In this document: positions 50,291 to 57,918 of the stretch, piece by piece | How positions within the stretch are numbered: position 1 is the stretch's first letter | Layout: each line of letters starts with the position of its first letter | Sequence record: NC_048747.1 | Direction: 5' to 3' (one strand) | Length of the DNA stretch: 64,000 nucleotides | Program-made: the position numbers and the translations under genes | The notes under the pieces: model-generated | Seen by the model: the letters and a program-made list of their open reading frames with translations, nothing else | Told to the model about the DNA's origin: nothing | The model's database searches: none

Positions 50291-51016
50291 TTAGAAGTCG
50301 ATGTCGTCGAAGTTATCACCGCCACCGCCGTTGTTATTGTTGTTGCCCCAGCCGCCGTTACCGCCGCCGTTACCGTTACCACCACCATTGTTGTTGTTCC
50401 AGTTGCCGTTGTTCTTAGGCTTAGGTGGTTGGTACACTTCCATGTCTTTAGTGTTAAGGATACCACCCATGCGTTTCACGTAAGAACGCACCCACATTTG
50501 AGACATCTTGCCTTCACGAGTTACCCACTCACCGTTTTCAAAGAAACGCAGTTCAGAGTGACCCGGAGCAGTGAACGTAAACAGTACTTTGTAATCACCA
50601 CGAGTGTAACCCATCGAGATAACGCCGTTTTGATCACGGATAACAGTAAACTGACCTTGAGCGATAGGTTGGTCTGAAAGCTTAGACTGACCGTTTTGAC
50701 GAACGAATGCGTGCTTCTTAACGGTGTACTGACCTTTAGTGAACTTCTCATCGTTCGCTGCTTCTAGCAGTAGTTCGAAGATCATGTTACGGTCAGAAGG
50801 GTCCATTTCACATTCTTTCTTTTTGTAAGCTTGCTGATCGTTAGGGTTGTAACGTTTGTCATCCGCTTTGAAAAGAATCTTGCCGTTGTTAGCAATTTCC
50901 CAAAGCATCTGACCAGGGAACTTAGCACCTTCCACTGGCTGTGAGGTAGTTGGGTGTACTGCGTAGAAATCGTTCAGTGGAGTTTTAACACGTGCGTTGC
51001 CGTTTGGTTGAGACAT
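50291..51016 (-). CDS. chmC: ChmC-like single-stranded nucleic-acid-binding protein (phiKZ gp67 position)
   Basis: 241 aa, beta-rich domain, Gly/Asn tail ending DNFDDIDF; immediately upstream of the gp68-like gene. Confidence 0.6.
   Translation of the reverse strand: MSQPNGNARVKTPLNDFYAVHPTTSQPVEGAKFPGQMLWEIANNGKILFKADDKRYNPNDQQAYKKKECEMDPSDRNMIFELLLEAANDEKFTKGQYTVKKHAFVRQNGQSKLSDQPIAQGQFTVIRDQNGVISMGYTRGDYKVLFTFTAPGHSELRFFENGEWVTREGKMSQMWVRSYVKRMGGILNTKDMEVYQPPKPKNNGNWNNNNGGGNGNGGGNGGWGNNNNNGGGGDNFDDIDF
50322..50415 (-). repeat. Coding low-complexity Gly/Asn codon repeats
   Basis: Encodes NNGNWNNNNGGGNGNGGGNGGWGNNNNNGGGG. Confidence 0.85.
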
Positions 51017-51093
51017 AAAAGGTTCCTGCCTTAAAAATTTGAATTAGTTAAAAAGTGTCTTTTGTACTAATAATAGTACACCAAGGTTAGGAC

Positions 51094-51891
51094 TTACCAG
51101 AAAAGTAATAGTCCGTCTTTATCAATACCTGTCAAGTAAGTATTGATAGAACTACGACATCGTTGAGGGGTAGTCGCTGATGTCCATCCTGCTTTAACAG
51201 CAAGATCACGAACCAACTTCTTAATCGCTTGGTTTTGTCCTAGGAAGTTGACTGACTTATCTCCGAAGACTTGGATTGTCATTCGGTTAAGGGGGATGTT
51301 GTAATTGGCTTGCTCACCACCAGTGAGTTTCGTGTTCCATAACAAGTAAGGTTTCACTACACCAGAGTGAGTCTCCAATAATGATAAACGTCCCCAACCA
51401 TCCGTTAAAGTCAAATCCACCGGGTGGTGGGTGATAACCAAACCTTTACCTTTAAAGGTAGGCATCCCACAATCGGTGTTGGTGACTAACTCTTTATGGT
51501 CTTTGATGAAAGCTTTGGCTACTTTCTCATATAGACTTTGCAGAGCTTTCTGTTTCTCAGTCGTAGCCTTCCAGATAGAAGCGTGAGGAAACTTTTGTGC
51601 CAATGACTTATACGTAGGATAATAAATTTCGATGTTCATCGTAGAACGCGGGGAGATCACCGTGAGTGCTCTGGCTATCTCTTTGATGTCCTCCAGCACC
51701 GCTTTCTTCAATGCATCCACATCATTAATTTGTGGATCGTCTTTAGAGTACGCACCATGTGCATTTCGTATTAAGGTGCGTAAGTTAATCAAAAATGAGT
51801 CGGCGTTAGGAATGGCATGTTTACCCTCCTCTCCCTCAAAGGCTTGTGCGGTGCCAATCGACATCGCATATACTTCACCTAAGTCTCTCAT
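51094..51891 (-). CDS. Conserved hypothetical protein (phiKZ gp66 position)
   Basis: 265 aa, coupled to sbcD; DSFLINLRTLIRN start loosely resembles PIN/flap-nuclease folds. Confidence 0.55.
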   Translation of the reverse strand: MRDLGEVYAMSIGTAQAFEGEEGKHAIPNADSFLINLRTLIRNAHGAYSKDDPQINDVDALKKAVLEDIKEIARALTVISPRSTMNIEIYYPTYKSLAQKFPHASIWKATTEKQKALQSLYEKVAKAFIKDHKELVTNTDCGMPTFKGKGLVITHHPVDLTLTDGWGRLSLLETHSGVVKPYLLWNTKLTGGEQANYNIPLNRMTIQVFGDKSVNFLGQNQAIKKLVRDLAVKAGWTSATTPQRCRSSINTYLTGIDKDGLLLFW

Positions 51892-53012
51892 AAGAATTCC
51901 TCCAACAATTCCAACGAACCTTCCATCATGTTCTGATCAGTCATTTCCTCAATCATGAACTGGCGGAGATGTTCAGAAAAGTTATCTTTAGTTAAGGACA
52001 CCCCTTCGTAAGTTAAATCATTAACTGTGTCAGGAGAAATCATTTTCTCCATTTGTGATGAGGTATCAATATCGAAGAAATAATCAACGTAGGTGGCTTT
52101 GAGGTACTCCGCTACACCTTTGATTAACGCCCCATTCTTACCACGTATTTGAATACGACTTTTAGGGATCGGATTCTTCAACTTTATCAACCGATTGACT
52201 TTATCCAACAAATCTTCGTTAGTGTCATCCGGATGTTGTAACACACGGTAGTAAGGCAGGGCGTTTTTATTCTCCCAAAACTTAGTATCACACCAATCAC
52301 TTTCTGGATCCCACCAGAATTCGTAACCGCCTTTGGCATGTTCTTCGCCATGATTGAGTCGGTCAAAAGAACCACTGACTCGTATCTTTCCGTATTCGGA
52401 AGGTTTGTGAACATGCCCCGCAAACAAATGACGCCTTACGATAGACTGCCAGCGGGTTTCAGAATGTGAGTGTTTACTAAACTTCAGGGGAATCTGGTAT
52501 TCAAAAGCACCGTGGAAAAAGACGTAGTCTACTTCTTTCTTTCCGTTGGCGCTTAGAATCTCTAAGGTCTTGTCCCAAATGACATCTGGAGACAAACTAC
52601 CCATATTGTCCGGCACATAGAAGACGTCAATACCTAATGCTTCGATGTATTCGTAAGAGAGCTCTTTCACCCATTTAAGGTCTAACCCATCGGGACATTG
52701 AACAACAAAGTTCTCAGGCTGTTCACGGTCGTGTGAGGACGTACCTTCAAGCACCCTCACAATCACGTTGTGCTCCAAACATTCCAATAAGAACTTTCTA
52801 ATCCAGTGTTGGGTTAATCGCATGTCTGGATGAGAAGCGTCGACCAAACGCTCATAAAAGTCTCCACCGAATACAACGATGTCCACTTCTTCTAAATTAT
52901 GACTGCGGGTCAAAAACTGACTTGAATTGTACAGTATGTGACTAGTCGGTGTTTTACTATGTAGGTTATGTTGGTCACTGAACCATAACCCGAAAAAGCG
53001 GTTGTCTTGCAT
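51888..53012 (-). CDS. sbcD: SbcD/Mre11-family metallophosphoesterase nuclease
   Basis: SDQH, GGDFY, GTSSHD, FHG, AGHVH calcineurin-like motifs. Confidence 0.85.
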   Translation of the reverse strand: MQDNRFFGLWFSDQHNLHSKTPTSHILYNSSQFLTRSHNLEEVDIVVFGGDFYERLVDASHPDMRLTQHWIRKFLLECLEHNVIVRVLEGTSSHDREQPENFVVQCPDGLDLKWVKELSYEYIEALGIDVFYVPDNMGSLSPDVIWDKTLEILSANGKKEVDYVFFHGAFEYQIPLKFSKHSHSETRWQSIVRRHLFAGHVHKPSEYGKIRVSGSFDRLNHGEEHAKGGYEFWWDPESDWCDTKFWENKNALPYYRVLQHPDDTNEDLLDKVNRLIKLKNPIPKSRIQIRGKNGALIKGVAEYLKATYVDYFFDIDTSSQMEKMISPDTVNDLTYEGVSLTKDNFSEHLRQFMIEEMTDQNMMEGSLELLEEFL

Positions 53013-53033
53013 AGTTATTATTCGCCAATCTAA

Positions 53034-53999
53034 TTAGTTTTCAAATGGATCAAAGTCCTCGCTGTTAGATGGACCTTCTAGTGACAAATCACCTGGGTTT
53101 TCGACTGGCTCGTACTCTGGTGGTGTGAATTCACCGTCCGTTAGAATTTCCATGAACGTCAATTGGTGATCGCTCAATTTATGCTTGTTATGGATTGCGG
53201 TAAAGACGCTCTCCGCCATATCCCAGTCAAGCTTGATCGCCGGGTTAAGTCCATAAACATCACGACAGTAAATCATAGAACGCTTCACGTATGGGATTAC
53301 GTTGTACTTAGCGTAGAACCAACCAGGAACCAAATCTGTCAACGTGATGGATTCATCCGACACGTAAGTTTTAATCAGGTTCGACGTATTGGTGATGATT
53401 TCTTGAGCACGATGGGAGTCACCGGTCTCTTCTGCTGAAGATGCGTTAGTGTAAGACTTATGAGCTAGGTCTAACACGTACTGTTCTTCTGGTGTGAACT
53501 GAGCGCGTGACAACGGTGGGATAACAAAGATAGGTTCACCTGCGTCGTCAGTGATTACTACGCCACGTTGGTGACCGTGTGTGATCTTACCCCAAGCACT
53601 CGCATCAAAGTAGTTAGTCTTGCCGACATACCCCAAAGCGAATTGATCTAACCAACGGTGAACAAACGCACTCTCCTTGATACGAGTATCCGAGATGATG
53701 TAACTGCCGTTAGGATCTTGGAGTGTCATTTGACCGTCGATGTTGACGAGTTTAAGTTCACCTATCCAACCAAAGTCTTCTTTTAGACGAGCTTTGTGTT
53801 TATCGCTGCTAACTTGAACGCGTTCGATATAACGGTACTCGTCATTTTCAGCAATCTCAACGGCGTCTTCATCACCATCGACATCTTCTTCAGAATCTTG
53901 CTCTGTTTCAATATCCGATTTCTCTACTATGGTTTCTTCGACCTGTTCTACGTTTTCAGCAACAGATTCATTTTCTTTTTTAATTTCTTGCTCTTGCAT
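53034..53999 (-). CDS. Conserved hypothetical protein with acidic termini
   Basis: 321 aa ORF in the core block. Confidence 0.75.
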   Translation of the reverse strand: MQEQEIKKENESVAENVEQVEETIVEKSDIETEQDSEEDVDGDEDAVEIAENDEYRYIERVQVSSDKHKARLKEDFGWIGELKLVNIDGQMTLQDPNGSYIISDTRIKESAFVHRWLDQFALGYVGKTNYFDASAWGKITHGHQRGVVITDDAGEPIFVIPPLSRAQFTPEEQYVLDLAHKSYTNASSAEETGDSHRAQEIITNTSNLIKTYVSDESITLTDLVPGWFYAKYNVIPYVKRSMIYCRDVYGLNPAIKLDWDMAESVFTAIHNKHKLSDHQLTFMEILTDGEFTPPEYEPVENPGDLSLEGPSNSEDFDPFEN

Positions 54000-54402
54000 T
54001 TAAGCGTCCTTCATTGATAAGTTTGAAAGTCTCACCTGACACCTGAACAGAAGTACCTAAATCGTACCATTGGTTATCATGGTGAACAGAAACTTGTACA
54101 TAAAGATGGAAACGACCGTCACGTTCGTTCGTAAATCCCTCGGTGGTAGTTTGCACTTCCACACGCTGGAATAGTTCTTCAAAATGGTTCTTTAACGCAG
54201 CTTGGACGTCGTCCGCCACTCGTTGCTGGTTACCTTGAGCTTCTTTAAGAATCCACTCAAAAGAATTGGTGTGGAGAATCGTCATCCCTTGACTGCGGCG
54301 TGCCGCGAACCAATAGGTGATATGGCGATCCATAGCGATCTCTGGAGCTTCTGTAATATGTCCTAACGTGGACATCGTTCCGACGATATAGTCTTTAGCC
54401 AT
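53980..54402 (-). CDS. Putative T4 gp25-like baseplate/sheath-initiator protein
   Basis: 140 aa; helical then beta pattern (VQAALKNHFEELFQRVEVQT...LYVQVSV) fits the gp25 fold. Confidence 0.45.
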   Translation of the reverse strand: MAKDYIVGTMSTLGHITEAPEIAMDRHITYWFAARRSQGMTILHTNSFEWILKEAQGNQQRVADDVQAALKNHFEELFQRVEVQTTTEGFTNERDGRFHLYVQVSVHHDNQWYDLGTSVQVSGETFKLINEGRLNARARN

Positions 54403-54434
54403 AATAAAACCTAAAAAAATAAAGAGGGTTGGAG

Positions 54435-54460
54435 TTCCTCCTACCCGAAGGTAGGAGGAA
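54435..54460 (-). terminator. Terminator hairpin, UUCG loop
   Basis: TTCCTCCTACC-TTCG-GGTAGGAGGAA. Confidence 0.8.
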
Positions 54461-54465
54461 GATAA

Positions 54466-54594
54466 TTACCAGTTACCGTAAGTCAGGCTGACGTATGCGC
54501 TCACTAGCATTAGGACAGTGAACACTCCATTAGAACGGTACCAAGGTGCTTTAGTTTCAATGTTTTTAGGTTGAACGTTTACGTAATCTTTCAT
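54466..54594 (-). CDS. 42-aa membrane peptide MKDYVNVQPKNIETKAPWYRSNGVFTVLMLVSAYVSLTYGNW, below ORF-track cutoff
   Basis: GAGGA RBS; bracketed by an early promoter and a terminator; one hydrophobic helix. Confidence 0.75.
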   Translation of the reverse strand: MKDYVNVQPKNIETKAPWYRSNGVFTVLMLVSAYVSLTYGNW

Positions 54595-54635
54595 CAGGAA
54601 GTCCTCGATATAAATTTATTAATTCATTTTACACC

Positions 54636-54655
54636 TAGACTATATAGATTTGAAA
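54636..54655 (-). promoter_or_regulatory. Putative early promoter
   Basis: TTTCAAATCTATATAGTCTA. Confidence 0.7.
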
Positions 54656-54666
54656 AAGACTGTATG

Positions 54667-55143
54667 TTAATTCTTACCTACTGATAAAATTGGACTTTCC
54701 TTAGATTCCACATAGATGCAACAGTTCATGAAATACTGTTTACGACCGTGTTCGTCTAATACTTGTTCACCGTCACACAGCACAGGTCGTTTAACACGCT
54801 TAAACTTAAATTCAAACGTTGGGACCTTGGACGTCAATAATAACTGACCTATACTGATACGCTTCGTGCATCCACCTAATGTGATAGTGGGGTTATCCGT
54901 GTCAGCCGGATAGATTAACGAAGTGAGGTTTCCATCTTTATCATAACTAAAGTTAGTGAGTTTGAGAACCGCGTGTTTTGGGTTAATGCGGTCATCCAAA
55001 GGTTCACCGAACTCCACCAATAAGAAACGCTTCTTTTCTGGACGCTTCTTTAGGGTACGGAGGAGTTTTATTACAGACAAATCTATTTCGTCTTTTCGAA
55101 AGACAACCAAACGTCTTCTATTAACTATACGTACAGAATTCAT
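54667..55143 (-). CDS. Basic hypothetical protein, possibly a degenerate prohead-protease fold
   Basis: LVEFGEP-LDDRINPKHAVLKLTNF echoes the GELGHP...RID...HI pattern. Confidence 0.4.
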   Translation of the reverse strand: MNSVRIVNRRRLVVFRKDEIDLSVIKLLRTLKKRPEKKRFLLVEFGEPLDDRINPKHAVLKLTNFSYDKDGNLTSLIYPADTDNPTITLGGCTKRISIGQLLLTSKVPTFEFKFKRVKRPVLCDGEQVLDEHGRKQYFMNCCIYVESKESPILSVGKN

Positions 55144-55170
55144 AATACTCCTGAGAAGAAAAAGAGGGGA

Positions 55171-55830
55171 TTACTCCCCTCCTGCTTTTCCAGCGTTTTC
55201 TTCTTCCTGCGCTGATTTACGAAGTTCACCATCACTGCTAGTAAAGTCAAACAGACTATTCGCTAGATGGTGGTTAACGGCAGTACGAGTAGTTGCTAGG
55301 TCGTAACGTTCACGAACGCTCAGACCGGTTCCTGCAACCGAATCGTAGTAGTGCTTAGTTCGAGCCACATTACGATCTTCGACTTGATCTAATTGCAGTA
55401 GACCGTGCATTTGTCGACGATAGTAAATGTTGTCTTCACCAGTACCAGAACACCAGTCGCTAAACTGACCTTCCCAACCGTTAAGTTCCCCTTCATCATA
55501 CAACTCCATCACATTAGGCATAGCCATGATGTAGTCACGCATGAAACCTTGGGATGCTTGCAGTGATTCCATGGATGTCGCGATACCGATATCGTAGTAA
55601 CCGATATAATGGTCTTCGGCTCCACCGCGGATACGACTTGCTAAATCCCAAGCTCTCGAGTTAACAAAGTTCTTAAACGAGTTCATGAAGTTGTCGGCTC
55701 CTTGACCTAACCAACCTCCCACGTTCTGAACTTGTTCAAAGTTCATCTGGACCATGTTCGCATAAGACTGTATCTGGTTGTCATGCACAGTCCCTGATGT
55801 ACCGATAGAGAAAGCTTGACATGCATTCAT
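55171..55830 (-). CDS. Conserved hypothetical protein downstream of nvRNAP beta'
   Basis: 219 aa, start overlaps the exon 2 stop. Confidence 0.75.
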   Translation of the reverse strand: MNACQAFSIGTSGTVHDNQIQSYANMVQMNFEQVQNVGGWLGQGADNFMNSFKNFVNSRAWDLASRIRGGAEDHYIGYYDIGIATSMESLQASQGFMRDYIMAMPNVMELYDEGELNGWEGQFSDWCSGTGEDNIYYRRQMHGLLQLDQVEDRNVARTKHYYDSVAGTGLSVRERYDLATTRTAVNHHLANSLFDFTSSDGELRKSAQEEENAGKAGGE

Positions 55831-56018
55831 TATTTGAACTCCAGTTTACGCATTACGTTGTTGATGTTCATCAAGTTAGTCGACGGTTGTTTATAATGTC
55901 GACTGATTGAGAACGGTTTGTTTTCATCAAATACCGATTGGTGACCGAATGCGCCGTAGCTCACTGCCTTAGACCTTAAGTCAGGCAAGAAGAACAGCGT
56001 CATCTGGTCACCATCGAA
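55830..56018 (-). CDS. rpoC: Non-virion RNAP beta' N-terminal subunit, exon 2 (FDGDQM...; phiKZ gp56.1-like)
   Basis: Starts TTC GAT GGT GAC, completing NADFDGD after splicing; 62 aa. Confidence 0.9.
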   Translation of the reverse strand, partial: FDGDQMTLFFLPDLRSKAVSYGAFGHQSVFDENKPFSISRHYKQPSTNLMNINNVMRKLEFK

Positions 56019-56410
56019 CATCTACACCAAAGGGGGGAGCGATTAACTCCCATGTGAGTTTGATGACCCTCACACTGTAGATAGACTATATCATCTCCAT
56101 ATCTTCTCAGACTTAGGAGTTTCCCCACTTCCCCTAGATATCTCTACCTAAGGTACTCCGCGCTACCGGATAGTCGTTGAACCTTTTCCCACTTAAGCAG
56201 GACTTGGCTGCTGATTACCCCTTGTTAATATCCCTTAGCGTTATTGGTTAGCTTAGGACAGGTTCACTATTGTTTCTGAGTTTCCTCACCATACAGGTTG
56301 TGAACTTTTGTGGGTGTTCCAGCAATTCAGGGAAATACACATTAGGGATTTCTCGCCTAATGGGACAGTATCTTTAACTTTAATGACGGGTAAGCGTTAA
56401 AGTTAGTGCT
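56019..56410 (-). ncRNA. Group I self-splicing intron, 392 nt, no homing endonuclease ORF
   Basis: P GAATTGCTGGAA (56328-56317), Q AATCAGCAG (56216-56208), R GGTTCAACGACTA (56183-56171), S GATGATATAGTCT (56095-56083); P7 GACUA/UAGUC; exon ends in U; intron ends in G. Confidence 0.92.
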
Positions 56411-57823
56411 ATCAGCGTTGAAATTGCTCACAGACAGTATTGGAAGACCAATAGATTGGTCACCCAGATCACGTTTAATTCGGGCAAAGAACGTACGTCG
56501 TGACAAGTACTGGATTGATGGCATACGACCAGCTTTACAGACTAAGTCGTTACGTTCTTCATGGTAACGGAAGAAAGCATCAATATCTGGATCGAGGTAA
56601 TGTGCCGCTTTAGAAATCTTAGTCAATGCCGCCATTGGGGAATATCCCTTGCGATACAGATGAGATAAGATTTGCTTCTCTAATTGAGATAGAGCCATAA
56701 TCCAAGGAACTTCTATCATTCCTGGGTTATGGATGCCTGTCTTAGAGGTGATTACTGAACGACCCGTCATAGGTAGAGAACCGGAGGCGACTAACTTACG
56801 CGCTGCACCAGGTTTAGGGAACAAAAAGTCCTTTAGGTGTTGCGAGTTTTGGGAAGCCAGTGCCACGATGCCTTTACCTACCCTTGCCACGGATTCATGT
56901 ATGTCGAACTCATTCACCTGATACAAATCGGTATTGTCTTTGGTGTCTGCGATAGACATGTAAGTGGAATCCATTTTTAACTGACTGCTAGACGCGTAAC
57001 GCTCCTTTCCTGATTTCTCAATTACTGTTGAGAGTTTGTTAGGGACAGGTAAGTAGTTAGTGAACACCGTATCTTTGAAATCCATGTATCCTAACATGAT
57101 CTCTTTGGCATCTGCGTTCTTTAAAGCGGTCAGCGTACGACCCTCACCTAATAGAAAGTGATCCATGATAGTGTCAGCATGAACAACAAACTCGTTTAGG
57201 TCCAAACGGGTGATTAAACGTTTTAAGTGACTTTGTAACTCTCGTAGTTTCTCAGAGCTATTTGAGTTAATTTTACGACGATACCCTGGATCGATGATGT
57301 AAGTAATGATCTCGATCTTTGGGGAAGCCGTGGCGATCTTCTGCAAAAAGGTTTTGTAGAAGGCCGGGTTAATGAATGAGTGCACACCAGTGGGTAATCG
57401 CAACCACACCTTAGTGGATAGTTCAGTATCCACTAGACGTTCAACCTGGTTACCACAGTTACGACACACTCTCCCTGAACCAATTAGGTGGTTACCCTTT
57501 AGTGGCTTGTCACAACCACATGAAGCGATGGTTTCAAAAGTATCCGCATCGAAGTCCATACGGATGAGTTTCTCTAAACGCTCTCGATCTTCTTCTAAGC
57601 AGAAGTCAAAGTCGTTTAAATAGATAGGTTGGGATTTCGAAGTATCATGTGCAAAATTGAAATCTCGGAAATCCGGATAGAGCGGAGCGTAGTAGCTCTG
57701 ATCATCAAATAGCTTTTGCCCTAGCTGTTCTTGATAACGCTCGAACTGCTTAATTGGCAGAAGGTCTTCGAAAGACTCAGCGGCTAGTACCTCTACTGCA
57801 ACATCACGTTCAGGGGTCGACAT
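56411..57823 (-). CDS. rpoC: Non-virion RNAP beta' N-terminal subunit, exon 1 (phiKZ gp55-like); spliced product 533 aa
   Basis: Zn finger CGC...CRNC, PKPGAARK...GRSVI, GRMPSI; ends NFNAD at the splice site. Confidence 0.9.
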
Positions 57824-57866
57824 TACAGAAACTCCTTACTTTAATAAAAAATTAAAAAACGATATA

Positions 57867-57897
57867 AAGGAGTGAGGAGCCGTAGCCCCTCACCCTT
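57867..57897 (-). terminator. Intrinsic terminator after chimallin
   Basis: AAGGGTGAGGGGC-TACG-GCTCCTCACTCCTT followed by a U-rich tract. Confidence 0.8.
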
Positions 57898-57918
57898 AGA
57901 ACTCACTACCGAGGTAGA

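Noticed and set aside
50301-50483. Pro/Leu-rich plus-strand ORF or apparent microsatellite
   Set aside because: It is the reverse complement of the Gly/Asn coding tail
56019-56410. Homing endonuclease inside the intron
   Set aside because: Only 392 nt, largely ribozyme core, with no ORF of 60 aa or more
56357-57823. 488-aa beta' ORF as a truncated pseudogene, and 55830..56021 as an independent 63-aa gene
   Set aside because: The intervening group I intron restores NADFDGD; the last 17 codons and the apparent ATG belong to the intron
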